In this document: piece by piece, positions 9,922 to 19,349 of the stretch
Layout of the letters: each line of letters opens with the position of its first letter
Numbering within the stretch: position 1 is the first letter of the stretch
Source of the DNA: an uncultured delta proteobacterium
GTDB taxonomy: Bacteria > Desulfobacterota > Binatia > DP-6
Length of the DNA stretch: 64,000 nucleotides
Direction of reading: 5' to 3'
Assembly: GCA_963815115.1 (NCBI GenBank)
Contig: CAWFFN010000009.1
Coordinates: 160,001 to 224,000 of the forward strand
The notes under the pieces: model-generated
The model's database searches: none
Told to the model about the DNA's origin: nothing
What the model saw: only the letters and a program-made list of their open reading frames with translations
Program-made: the position numbers and the translations under genes

Positions 9922-11823
9922 GTGCGGCAGCGGCTTCACGAGTATCTGCTCGAGCGACCGGACGGGGCGACGCCGGGCGAGCTGCTCGCGCTGGTGTTCT
10001 CCGGGCAGGGCCGGGACCCCGAGTTCGGCACGCGGTTCCTCGACGTGCTGCTCGGGGCGGACCAGCGCTTCTCCTTCGACCCCGCGGCCCGCCGCTGGCA
10101 TGCCCGCGCCAACGACTCCTTCGCCCGCCTGATCGCCGGGCAGGCGTTCGTCGTCGTCGACCTCGAGACCACCGGCGGCGGGCCCGGCGGGCGGTGCCAT
10201 CACCGAGATCGGCGCGGTGCGCGTCGTCGGCGGCAGGCTCGACGAGACGTTCACCACGCTGGTCAATCCCGGGCCGCCCGATCCAGCCCTTCGTCATCGG
10301 CCCTCACCGGCATCACCGACGCCATGGTCGCGGACGCGCCGCGCATCGCCGAGGTGCTGCCGCGCTTCCTCGACTTCGCCGGCGACGCCGTGCTGGTCGC
10401 GCACAACGCCGGCTTCGACGTCGGCCATCTCGACGCCGCGCACCGGGCGCTCACGGGGCGACGGGCTCGGGCACCCGACGCTGTGCACGCTACGCCTCGC
10501 GCGCCGGCTGCTGCCGGAGCTCCGACGGCGCTCGCTCGACTCCGTGGCCGGCCGCGCTCGGCATCGCCTGCTACGATCGCCATCGCGGCCTGGGCGACGC
10601 CCGCATCGCCGCCGAGATCCTGTGCGTCTTCCTCGAGCGCGCGGCGGAGCGCGGGGTGGTCAGGCTGGGCGAGCTGCTCGCGCTCCAGCACGCGCGCCAG
10701 CGACGGCCGGCCGTTCGTCGTGCACGTGCCGCGGGAGCGTCTCGCCGCGGTGCCGTCGACGCCGGGCGTCTACCACCTGCTCGGCGAGGACGGCCGCCTG
10801 CTCTACGTCGGCAAGGCGCGGCGGCTCCGCGAGCGGCTCGGCAACTGGTTCACCAACGCGCGCGGCCACGGTCCGCGCGCGCTGGAGATGATCCGCCAGG
10901 TCTACGACGTCCGCGTCGTCGAGACGGGCTCGGAGCTCGCCGCGTCGCTGCTCGAGATGCGACAGATCCGCGAGCTGCGGCCGCCGTACAATCGCCAGGG
11001 GCGGCAGCTGCCGCGCGTCGCCTTCCTGCGTCTCACCACCCGCGAGCCCTACCCGCGTCTCGCGGTCACTCGCCGCCTGGGCACCGACCGCGCGATCTAC
11101 CTCGGTCCCTTCGTCAGCGCCGGAGCAGCCGAGCGTGCCGAGGCGGTGCTGGCGCGCGTCTTCGGGCTGCGGACCTGCTCCGGACGCCTCCACCCGTCGC
11201 CGGAGGCGACGCCCTGTCTGCTCGGCCAGGTGGGCACCTGCCCGTCGCCCTGCGCCGCACGCATCGCCGAGGCCGACTACCGGCAGCAGGTCGATGCCTG
11301 CCTCGCGTTCGTCGACGGGCGCGACGACTGCCCGGTCGAGCGCCTGACGCTCCGTCGCGACGAGGCGGCCGCGGCGCTGCGCTTCGAAGCGGCGGCGCGC
11401 TGCCAGCGCGATCTCCTCCTGCTCGACGATCTCCGCCGGCGTCGCCAGGGGTTGCGATGGATCGTGGCGCGGCAGAACTTCGTCGTTCTGCTGCCGACCG
11501 CGACGGGTGACGGCGCCCAGCTCTATGCCGCACTGGGCGGCCGGCTGGCGCTGGAGATGCCGGTACGGGCGAGCGCGGACCTGGTGGCGGCGGTCGAGCT
11601 GATGCGCGAACGCTTCGCGCGCTACCAGGACGCACCGCTGGAGCGAGGCGACGTCGCCGCCAGCACCATCCTCGCGGCGTGGCTTCGCGATCGGGGGCAC
11701 GAGGGACTCATCCTCCTGCTCGACGGTCCCGAGACGCTCGCCGAGCGCCTGGACGACCTGACGGTGACCCTGACCGACCTGTGCCAGCGAGGCCCGCTCC
11801 CGCAGATCGAGGGGCTCGCCTGA
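9922..11823 (+). CDS. DEDDh (DnaQ-like) exonuclease fused to UvrC-like GIY-YIG endonuclease and UVR domain (frameshifted)
   Basis: [24 protein letters not shown] (alternate frame), [19 protein letters not shown], Cys cluster, [11 protein letters not shown]. Confidence 0.85.
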   Translation: MRQRLHEYLLERPDGATPGELLALVFSGQGRDPEFGTRFLDVLLGADQRFSFDPAARRWHARANDSFARLIAGQAFVVVDLETTGGGPGGRCHHRDRRGARRRRQARRDVHHAGQSRAARSSPSSSALTGITDAMVADAPRIAEVLPRFLDFAGDAVLVAHNAGFDVGHLDAAHRALTGRRARAPDAVHATPRAPAAAGAPTALARLRGRPRSASPATIAIAAWATPASPPRSCASSSSARRSAGWSGWASCSRSSTRASDGRPFVVHVPRERLAAVPSTPGVYHLLGEDGRLLYVGKARRLRERLGNWFTNARGHGPRALEMIRQVYDVRVVETGSELAASLLEMRQIRELRPPYNRQGRQLPRVAFLRLTTREPYPRLAVTRRLGTDRAIYLGPFVSAGAAERAEAVLARVFGLRTCSGRLHPSPEATPCLLGQVGTCPSPCAARIAEADYRQQVDACLAFVDGRDDCPVERLTLRRDEAAAALRFEAAARCQRDLLLLDDLRRRRQGLRWIVARQNFVVLLPTATGDGAQLYAALGGRLALEMPVRASADLVAAVELMRERFARYQDAPLERGDVAASTILAAWLRDRGHEGLILLLDGPETLAERLDDLTVTLTDLCQRGPLPQIEGLA

Positions 11824-11867
11824 CCGTCGGCGCGGCGGGCCGTGGTCGACACCGAGCAGTGCCGCCG

Positions 11868-13058
11868 CTAGTGCGGCGACTCGGCGGCGTTCGCTGCCAG
11901 CACCGGCTCGGGTCCCTCGACCGGAACCATGCGGCCGTCCGCCAGCACCCGCAGGCGCTGCCCGCTCCAGTCGACGTCGCGTCCGAGCCAGGAGGCGCAC
12001 CAGACGCCCGAGTAGGCGAGATCCTTCAGCGGCACCAGCCAGAGATGGCGGACCGTGTCCGTGTCGCGGAGCATGCCGGCGATCGCCCGCAGACCGAGCA
12101 GCCGGCAGAGAAGCGCCGTCGCGAGCGCGAGCCAGCCGATCGCAGCGCCTCCGGTCGCGAGCACCGCGAGCACTCCCCACAGCGTCGTCTGGATGATGAT
12201 GGTGGCGAACCAGCCGACGGGCTGACAGACACGGTAGGTGCGCGCCCAGCGCAGGTGGTGGCGCCAGACGTCCCGCATGGTCTGCGAGTCGGGCACCGTT
12301 TCCACCACGTAGGGCAGCAGGCGCAGCCCCCAGCCGGCCTCCGCGACGCGGCGCCCGAGCACGTAGTCGTCGGCGAGGTGGGCGCGCATCTCCTCGAAGC
12401 CGCCGATGGCGTCGAGCGCCTCGCGCCTGAACGCGATGGACGCGCCGTAGGCATACCTGAAGCGCTGCACCCACTGCGCCATCAGCACCATGGGGAGGAA
12501 GTCGGTGTTGATGAGGAGCGATTCGACGATGGCGGGAATGCCGCCCGCGGCGCGGCCCCGGTAGAGGCAGGTGGTGAGGCCGACCGCCGGGTCGGCGAGG
12601 GGGGCGACCAGCCGGTGCAGGTAGTCGGCTCGCACCCGGATGTCGGCGTCGCTCAGCACGAGCACGTCGTGCTTGGCGTGGCGCATCATGTGGACCAGGT
12701 TGGCGACCTTGCGGTTGGCGCCCTCCTCGTGGCCGATCGCGAGCGCGATGTCGATGTGCGGGAAGCGCCGCACGAGTCCGCGCACCACCTCGACGGCCGG
12801 GTCACGCGCGTCCTCGACCCCGAAGACGATCTGGTACGCGGGGTAGCCCTGGCGGCAGAAGCTCTCGAGGTTGGCGTCGAGCTCGATTCCGGGACCCTTG
12901 AGCGGCTTCAGCACCGTCACCGGCGGACACGGGGCGGCCGAGCTTCGCGCGCCAGGCCGCGACCGCCGGAGGAAGCGCCACGCGGCCACCAGCTGGACCA
13001 GCTGATAGACGCTCGCCACGCCCGAGCAGGCGAGGACGACGAGGATCAGGGGATGCAT
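11868..13058 (-). CDS. hpnI: Hopanoid-associated glycosyltransferase HpnI (ceramide glucosyltransferase-like)
   Basis: VTVLKPLKG, GANRKVANL, SDADI, LADDYVLG, RWART; directly downstream of hpnJ. Confidence 0.85.
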   Translation of the reverse strand: MHPLILVVLACSGVASVYQLVQLVAAWRFLRRSRPGARSSAAPCPPVTVLKPLKGPGIELDANLESFCRQGYPAYQIVFGVEDARDPAVEVVRGLVRRFPHIDIALAIGHEEGANRKVANLVHMMRHAKHDVLVLSDADIRVRADYLHRLVAPLADPAVGLTTCLYRGRAAGGIPAIVESLLINTDFLPMVLMAQWVQRFRYAYGASIAFRREALDAIGGFEEMRAHLADDYVLGRRVAEAGWGLRLLPYVVETVPDSQTMRDVWRHHLRWARTYRVCQPVGWFATIIIQTTLWGVLAVLATGGAAIGWLALATALLCRLLGLRAIAGMLRDTDTVRHLWLVPLKDLAYSGVWCASWLGRDVDWSGQRLRVLADGRMVPVEGPEPVLAANAAESPH

Positions 13059-13060
13059 GC

Positions 13061-14506
13061 TCACGCCCGAGCCGCCTCCCCGCTCCGTGCCATCTGGCGG
13101 CGCTTCCACATCGCACCGAGGAACTGCCGTCCCTCGGACAGGAGCCGCTTCCGCTCCTCGCGGTCGCGCGCCATCTTCTTGAGCGACTTCCAGATGTAGC
13201 GCCGGCTGAAGTAGTAGCGCCGGTAGAACGTCTCCACCGCGCGGAAGATCTCGTCCGCCGAGACCTCGGGGTAGCTCACGGTGCACTTCTGGTAGCCCAT
13301 GTCGTCGACCAGGCTGTCGACCGTGAGGTAGCCGTTGTCGCGCACCCAGTCGTACATCGCCGTGCCGGGATAGGGCGACGCGAGAGACACCTGGAGGGTC
13401 TCGGGCCGCATCTCCTGCGCGAAGCGAATCGTCTCCTCGATGCTCTCGTGCGTCTCCCCGGGCAGGCCGAGGATGAACGTGCCGTGGATCAGCACGCCGA
13501 CGTCGTGGCAGTCGCGCGTGAAGCGGCGAGCCCGGTCGACGCTCACGCCCTTCTTGATGTTGCGCAGGATCTGCTCGTTGCCCGACTCGTAGCCGACCAC
13601 GAACAGCCGCAGCCCGTTGTCCTTCAGGACGCCCAACGTGTCGCGATCGACGTTCGCACGCGAGTTGGTGGACCACGTGAGCCCCAGCTTGCCGAGCCCG
13701 CGCGCGATCTCCACGGCGCGCTTGGGATCGGCCGTGAAGGTGTCGTCGTCGAAGAAGAGCTCCTTCATCTCGGGGAAGAGCCGCTTCACCCGGGAGCACT
13801 CCTCGAGGACGTTGTCGACGTTGCGCGTGCGATAGCTGTGACCGGTGGTCACCTGCGGCCAGAGACAGAAGGTGCAGCGCGCGGGGCAGCCGCGGCCCGT
13901 GTAGAGCGAGACGTAGGGATACTGGCAGTAGGGGCTGTTGTACTTCTTGTAGTCGAGATCGCGGGCGTAGACGTCGGTGGCGAACGGCAGCGAGTCGAGG
14001 TGCTCGGTCGCGAGCGGCGGCGCCTCGTCGTTGTGCACGTAGATGCCGTCGCGGAGGAAGCTCACGCCGTGGACGTCCGCGAGCGGGCGCCCCTCGGCGA
14101 CCGCCACCACGGCCAGGTCGAACTCCTTGCGCGCGACGTAGTCGATGACGCCGGCGTGACGCAGGGACTCCTCGGGTCGCGCCGTCACGTGTCCGCCGAC
14201 GAAGCCGATCATGGTGTCCGGCTTGGCGGACTTGAGCACCTCGGCGGTGCGCACGTCGGCACGGAACGACGGCGTGCTGGTGTGGATGACGACGTGATCG
14301 TAGTCACGTGCCACCTGCACCACGTCCTCGACCGTCAGGTGCTCGGGCGGAGCGTCGAGCAGCCGGGCGCCGGGCAGCATGCCCGCGGGGTAGGCCAGCC
14401 AGGTCGGGTACCAGAAGGACCAGACCTCGCGCTTCGCCTGGTAGCGCGAGCCGGCTCCTCCGTCGAAGTCGTCATACGAAGGCGGATTCAGCAGCAGCGT
14501 GCGCAT
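13061..14506 (-). CDS. hpnJ: Hopanoid biosynthesis radical SAM protein HpnJ
   Basis: Diagnostic N-terminus LNPPSYDDFDGGAGSRYQAKREVWSFWYPTWLA; CPARCTFC radical SAM motif; GHSYRTR. GG-rich RBS upstream. Confidence 0.92.
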   Translation of the reverse strand: MRTLLLNPPSYDDFDGGAGSRYQAKREVWSFWYPTWLAYPAGMLPGARLLDAPPEHLTVEDVVQVARDYDHVVIHTSTPSFRADVRTAEVLKSAKPDTMIGFVGGHVTARPEESLRHAGVIDYVARKEFDLAVVAVAEGRPLADVHGVSFLRDGIYVHNDEAPPLATEHLDSLPFATDVYARDLDYKKYNSPYCQYPYVSLYTGRGCPARCTFCLWPQVTTGHSYRTRNVDNVLEECSRVKRLFPEMKELFFDDDTFTADPKRAVEIARGLGKLGLTWSTNSRANVDRDTLGVLKDNGLRLFVVGYESGNEQILRNIKKGVSVDRARRFTRDCHDVGVLIHGTFILGLPGETHESIEETIRFAQEMRPETLQVSLASPYPGTAMYDWVRDNGYLTVDSLVDDMGYQKCTVSYPEVSADEIFRAVETFYRRYYFSRRYIWKSLKKMARDREERKRLLSEGRQFLGAMWKRRQMARSGEAARA

Positions 14507-14723
14507 CCCCTTTTTTCCTCTCCTCACTGACCCGATTGAGGCACGCGGTGCGGGCACTTCCGGGCACCTTGCCCGGGCTATCGATCATCCTGACCGAACG
14601 GTAAGCGACGTGCTTAGCGAACCCGACACGGAGGCGCAAGGGAGACGTCACGGTGACGTTGTCTCGCTGACTCAAACGTTGGCTTGCACCGGCGCCTCGG
14701 CCGTCGCATAACCGGCTCGTCGC

Positions 14724-16364
14724 ATGCGAGCGGGTCTGTTGGGGCTTTTCGGGCGGCCGGAGGTCGTGCTCGCGGCGGGAGCCCACGACGCGCTGTCGGC
14801 CAAGCTCGCCGAGGAAGCCGGCTTCGACGCTGTCTGGGCGAGCGGATTCGGCATCTCCGCCGTCCAGGCGCTCCCCGATGCCAACATCTTGACCCTCACG
14901 GAGACGCTGGAGGCGGTCCGGCGCATCTGCGACGCGGTGTCGGTGCCGGTCATCGCGGACTGCGACAACGGGTACGGCAACGCCATCAACGTGATGCGCA
15001 CGGCGAGCGAGTTCGAGCGCGCCGGCGCGGCCGGCATCTGCATCGAGGACAACGAGTTCCCCAAGCGCTGCAGCTTCTACGCCGGCGTGCGCCGCGACCT
15101 CGTGCCGGCCGAGGAGCACGCGCGCAAGGTCGAGGCCGCCTGCTCGGCCCGACACCGGCCGGACTTCGCCGTCATCGCCCGCACCGAAGCCCTGATCGCC
15201 GGCCTCGGTCTCGAGGAGGCGCTGCGCCGCGCGCGCGCCTATGCGGAGGCCGGCGCCGACGCCGTCCTCGTGCACTCGAAGGAGGCCGACTTCGGCGAGC
15301 TCCGCCGCTTCGGCGAGCTGTGGACGCTCGGCGTCCCGCTCGTGGCCGTGCCGACCACCTATCCGGGCGTCGGAACCGACGAGCTCGCGGCGGCGGGCTT
15401 TCGCATGGCCATCTTCGCCAACCAGGCGCTGCGGGCCGCGATCGTCGCCATGCGCGACGTGTTGCGCACGCTGCGCGCGACGGGTCGGGCGGCCAGCATC
15501 GACGACCGCATCGTGCCGCTGGACGAGGTCTACCGCCTGGTGGGCGTGCCGGAGCTCAAGGCGAACGAGCAGCGGTTCCTGTTTGCCGGCGCAGAGGCCC
15601 CGCGCGCCATCATCCTCGCCGCCGGGTTCGAGCCCCAGCTTCTCCCGCTCACCCAGGACCGCCCGAAGACGATGCTCGACGTGAAGGGGAAGACGATCCT
15701 GGAGCGGCAGGTCGAGGCGCTCGGGCGGGTCGGCATCCGCGACGTGGTGGTGGTGCGCGGCTACAAGAAGGAGCAGGTCGCGGCGCCCGGGGTACGCTTC
15801 GTCGACAACGATCGCTACGCCGAGACCGGAGAGCTGCACTCCCTGCTGAGCGCGGGGAGCGACCTGGAAGGCCCCTGCGTCGTCCTCTACGGCGACATCA
15901 TCTTCGAGCCTCCGGTGCTGGAGAAGCTGGTACGCACGCGGGCCGACCTTGCCGTCGTGGTCGACCGGGCGTTCGTCGACACCCTGCATGCGGGCCTCCC
16001 GCTTCCGCCGGGGCCGCTCGACCTGGTGGTCACCGAGACGCCGCCCAACGGCCGCCGCTTCGTGGCGCCCGAGGGCGGCAGCCGCGTGCTGCGCATCGGA
16101 CCCGAGGTCACCCCCGAGGAGGCGCACGGCGAGTTCATCGGGCTCGCCATGCTGTCGGCCGCGGGCGTGCGGCTGCTGCGCGAGGTCCACGCCGAGCTCG
16201 CGTCGAGCCGCGCCGAAGGTCTGGATCGGAGCAGCATCACCCACATCCTGCAGGCGCTCATCGATCGCGGCCACCCGGTCGTGGCGGTCGACATTCACAA
16301 GGGATGGATGGAGATCGACAGCTTCGAGGACTACCGGCGGGCATGGGCCGAGGTGACGCGCTGA
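14724..16364 (+). CDS. pepM: PEP mutase-family enzyme fused to C-terminal NTP (cytidylyl) transferase
   Basis: GAHDALSA, WASGFGISA, DCDNGYGN, IEDNEFPKRCSF, ARTEALI, VPTTY, IFANQ; then IILAAG..PKTML..YGDI..WMEIDS. Phosphonate gene context supports the call. Confidence 0.78.
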   Translation: MRAGLLGLFGRPEVVLAAGAHDALSAKLAEEAGFDAVWASGFGISAVQALPDANILTLTETLEAVRRICDAVSVPVIADCDNGYGNAINVMRTASEFERAGAAGICIEDNEFPKRCSFYAGVRRDLVPAEEHARKVEAACSARHRPDFAVIARTEALIAGLGLEEALRRARAYAEAGADAVLVHSKEADFGELRRFGELWTLGVPLVAVPTTYPGVGTDELAAAGFRMAIFANQALRAAIVAMRDVLRTLRATGRAASIDDRIVPLDEVYRLVGVPELKANEQRFLFAGAEAPRAIILAAGFEPQLLPLTQDRPKTMLDVKGKTILERQVEALGRVGIRDVVVVRGYKKEQVAAPGVRFVDNDRYAETGELHSLLSAGSDLEGPCVVLYGDIIFEPPVLEKLVRTRADLAVVVDRAFVDTLHAGLPLPPGPLDLVVTETPPNGRRFVAPEGGSRVLRIGPEVTPEEAHGEFIGLAMLSAAGVRLLREVHAELASSRAEGLDRSSITHILQALIDRGHPVVAVDIHKGWMEIDSFEDYRRAWAEVTR

Positions 16365-16864
16365 GCGCGCCGCTGCCCGCGGTCCCCTTCGTCGATCGTC
16401 TCTTTGCCGCCGGCTTCGACTTCTTCACCGGTGTGCCCTGCTCCCTCGTCGCGCCCGTGATCGCCGAGCTCGAACGGCGCGGGAGCTACCTGGGCGACAC
16501 GCGCGAGGACGCGGCGCTCGGCGTCGCCGCCGGCGCGTACCTCGCCGGCCGGCTTCCCGTGGTGATCATGCAGAACTCGGGTCTCGGGGTGTCGCTCAAC
16601 GCACTCGGGTCGCTGCATCTGCTCTACGAGCTCCCGGTGCTGCTGCTCGTCACCTGGCGGGGCTTCGAGGGCCGGGACGCTCCCGAGCACCTGGTCATGG
16701 GCGGGGTGCTGACCGGCGTGCTCGATCTCTTCGAGATCCCCCATCGCGCTCCGGATGCGTCCACGCTGCTCGCCGACGTCGACTGGGCGGCGGCCACGCT
16801 CCGGGCGACCCGCAAGCCCGCGGCGCTCATCGTGAAGCCGGGGCTCTTCGCCGAGCACCACTGA
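16361..16864 (+). CDS. Phosphonopyruvate/sulfopyruvate decarboxylase alpha subunit (ComD-like)
   Basis: FFTGVPCSL, REDAALGVAAG, MQNSGLG, TWRG..DAPEH. The only plausible start is CTG in the CTGA overlap with the pepM stop. Confidence 0.85.
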   Translation: MSAPLPAVPFVDRLFAAGFDFFTGVPCSLVAPVIAELERRGSYLGDTREDAALGVAAGAYLAGRLPVVIMQNSGLGVSLNALGSLHLLYELPVLLLVTWRGFEGRDAPEHLVMGGVLTGVLDLFEIPHRAPDASTLLADVDWAAATLRATRKPAALIVKPGLFAEHH

Positions 16865-16865
16865 C

Positions 16866-17432
16866 ATGACGCTGCGCGACGCTCTCGACCGCATCGCCCC
16901 CCGCCTGCGCGGTGAGGTCTGCGTGCACGCGAACGGACATCTCTCACGCGCGGCGTTCGGCGTGCGCGACGCCGACACCAGCTTCTACATGATCGGGTCG
17001 ATGGGGCTCGCCTCGTCGATCGGGCTCGGCATCGCGCTCTGCCGGCCGGACCGCCGCGTGATCGTCTTCGACGGCGACGGGAACGTCCTCATGAACCTCG
17101 GCACCCTGGCGACGATTGCCGTCGCGGCGCCACGGAACCTCCTCCATCTCTGCTTCGACAACTCCGCGCACGCCTCGACCGGAGGCCAGCCGACCATCTC
17201 GAATCGGGTCGCGCTGGACGCGCTGGCGCGCGCCGCCGGCTATCGCTGGACGGGCCGCGTGGAGTCGCCCGAAGCGCTCGAGGCGGTGCTGCCCGAGTTC
17301 CTTGGCCGATCCGGACCGGCTTTCCTCCTGGTACGCATCGTCCTCGGTCCGCCGGGAGCGCCGGGTCCGCGCATTCCCTGGACGCCAGTGGAGATGACGG
17401 CCCGGCTGCGTCGCGCGCTCGGGTCCGCGTGA
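16866..17432 (+). CDS. Phosphonopyruvate/sulfopyruvate decarboxylase beta subunit (TPP-binding, ComE-like)
   Basis: FYMIGSMGLASSIGLG, DGDGNVLMNLG, DNSAHASTGGQ. Confidence 0.88.
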   Translation: MTLRDALDRIAPRLRGEVCVHANGHLSRAAFGVRDADTSFYMIGSMGLASSIGLGIALCRPDRRVIVFDGDGNVLMNLGTLATIAVAAPRNLLHLCFDNSAHASTGGQPTISNRVALDALARAAGYRWTGRVESPEALEAVLPEFLGRSGPAFLLVRIVLGPPGAPGPRIPWTPVEMTARLRRALGSA

Positions 17433-17441
17433 GCCGGAAGC

Positions 17442-18743
17442 GTGGTCGAGGCGCTGCGGTCGAACGAACGGACGCGACCACTCGACCTCGAGGCGTGCCT
17501 GCGAGCGACCGCCGCGGGTGCCCTCGCCGGTCTGGTGGGCGGGAGCTATCGTTCCATTCTCGACGGCGTCGATCCGTGGCGACAGGACCTGATCGCTCGA
17601 CTCGGCGGCACGGTCTTCGGATGGCTGGCGCTGGCCGCCGTCTTCGCGCTCGGCGCGGGACTGGCCGCCTGGCTCACGGTGCGCTTCGTGCCCGAGGCCG
17701 CAGGCAGCGGCATCCCACACGTCGAGGAGACGCTGGTGCGGGGTGGACGGCTGCGCTGGAAGCGGCTGCTCCCGATCAAGTTCGTCGCCGGCGCCCTGGC
17801 GCTCGGAGCCGGACTGTCGCTCGGACGCGAAGGCCCCACCGTCCACCTCGGCGCGGCACTGGCCTCGGCGCTGGAGGGCCGGCTCGGAACGACTGCCCGT
17901 CGCGCGCTGCTGGCCGCGGGGGCTGCCGCGGGTTTGACGGCTGCCTTCAGCGCGCCGATCGCCGGTGCGGTCTTCGTGCTCGAGGAGCTTCGCGTCGCCC
18001 CGAACCTGCTCATGATTTCGACCGGTCTGCCGGCGGTGCTCGCGTCGTACCTCGTGACCACGGCGATGCTCGGGTCGCAGCCGATGTTCGCCCTCCCGCC
18101 GGTAGGGGCCCCGTCCCCCTGGGTGCTGCCGCTGTTCGCTGCGCTCGGGATCGGCGCCGGCATCCTGGGCGTGGTCTTCAATCGCGGCCTGCTCGGCGCC
18201 CTGGCGGCGTTCGGGTCGATGCGCCGCGTGCCACGGCCGCTCCGTGCCGCCGCCGTCGGCGTCTTGGCGGCGCTCGTCGCCTGCTGGGTGCCGGCCGCGA
18301 TCGGCAGCGGTGAGCCGACCGCCCAGATCTTGATCCAGGGTCCTCCTTCGCCGCTGGCGAGCCTCGTGCTCCTGCTCGCGGTCAAGCTCGTCCTCACCCT
18401 GGCGAGCTACGGCTGCGGCGTGCCGGGCGGCATCTTCGCCCCGCAGCTCGTTCTCGGAGCGACGCTCGGCGCCATCGTGCATGCGCTGGCCCCCGGCCTG
18501 GGCGGCGGCGCGCTCGGTCCCGTGCTCGCGACGGCCGGAATGGTCGGCGTCTTCAGCGCCTCGGTGCGCGCGCCCCTCACCGGGCTCGTGCTCGTGGTCG
18601 AGCTGACGCACCGGGGCCAGCTGCTGCTGCCGCAGGCGATCACGGCGATCGTCGCCTATCTCCTCGCGGCCGGCCTGCGCGACCGCCCGATCTACGAAGC
18701 GCTGCGCGAGCGGGACGCCGGGCGCGCGAGCGCGGCCATTTGA
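17442..18743 (+). CDS. ClC-family H+/Cl- antiporter without CBS domains
   Basis: GSGIP, GREGP (gating Glu), VLEEL, GGIFAP, PIYEAL. Confidence 0.9.
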   Translation: MVEALRSNERTRPLDLEACLRATAAGALAGLVGGSYRSILDGVDPWRQDLIARLGGTVFGWLALAAVFALGAGLAAWLTVRFVPEAAGSGIPHVEETLVRGGRLRWKRLLPIKFVAGALALGAGLSLGREGPTVHLGAALASALEGRLGTTARRALLAAGAAAGLTAAFSAPIAGAVFVLEELRVAPNLLMISTGLPAVLASYLVTTAMLGSQPMFALPPVGAPSPWVLPLFAALGIGAGILGVVFNRGLLGALAAFGSMRRVPRPLRAAAVGVLAALVACWVPAAIGSGEPTAQILIQGPPSPLASLVLLLAVKLVLTLASYGCGVPGGIFAPQLVLGATLGAIVHALAPGLGGGALGPVLATAGMVGVFSASVRAPLTGLVLVVELTHRGQLLLPQAITAIVAYLLAAGLRDRPIYEALRERDAGRASAAI

Positions 18744-18788
18744 CGGCACCAGCCGGATCGGAGACAAGGCTGCGCCGGAGGACCCGCC

Positions 18789-19349
18789 GTGAAGCCCGAC
18801 GAGTGCATCCTCTTCAGCGGCGCCGCCCAAGGCGCCGAGGCCGCCTTCGGCGAGTGCGCAGAGCGCTATGGAATCGAGGAGGTGAACTTCACCTTCGAGG
18901 CGCACAGCGACGCTCGCACGCGTGGCATCCGCGTGCTCACCAGCGCGGAGCTCAAGCACGGCGACGTCAGCCTCGCCTACGTGAGCCGCCTGATGAACCG
19001 GCGCTATCCCGACACGCCGCTCTTCCGGAAAGTGCTGCAGAGCATCTGGCACCAGGTGAACAACGGTCAGGACATCTTCCTGGTCGGGAAGATCCAGCCC
19101 GACGGTACGGTCGTGGGTGGCACCGGCGTGAGCGCGGAGTACGCCAAGTTCTTCAACAAGCGCCTCCACGTCTTCGACCAGGATCGCGACGCCTGGTCAC
19201 GCTGGAGCGGCGACGTCTGGGAATCCGCCGCAGAGCCCGTGATCACGCACCCGTTCTTCACCGGCACGGGGACGCGGTTCCTGCGCGACAACGGGCGTGG
19301 CGCGATCGACGGCCTCTTCGCGCGCACGTTCGGCGCGCCGAAGCGCTAG
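18789..19349 (+). CDS. Conserved hypothetical protein, possibly SLOG-superfamily nucleotide-binding fold
   Basis: LFSGAAQGAEAAF, GGTG, HVFDQ, TGTGTR. GGAGGA RBS upstream. Confidence 0.6.
   Translation: MKPDECILFSGAAQGAEAAFGECAERYGIEEVNFTFEAHSDARTRGIRVLTSAELKHGDVSLAYVSRLMNRRYPDTPLFRKVLQSIWHQVNNGQDIFLVGKIQPDGTVVGGTGVSAEYAKFFNKRLHVFDQDRDAWSRWSGDVWESAAEPVITHPFFTGTGTRFLRDNGRGAIDGLFARTFGAPKR

Noticed and set aside
16361-17432. Coenzyme M biosynthesis (comDE)
   Set aside because: Same enzyme family, but the context is PepM-like/AEP transaminase/cytidylyltransferase with no comABC; phosphonopyruvate decarboxylase is favoured.
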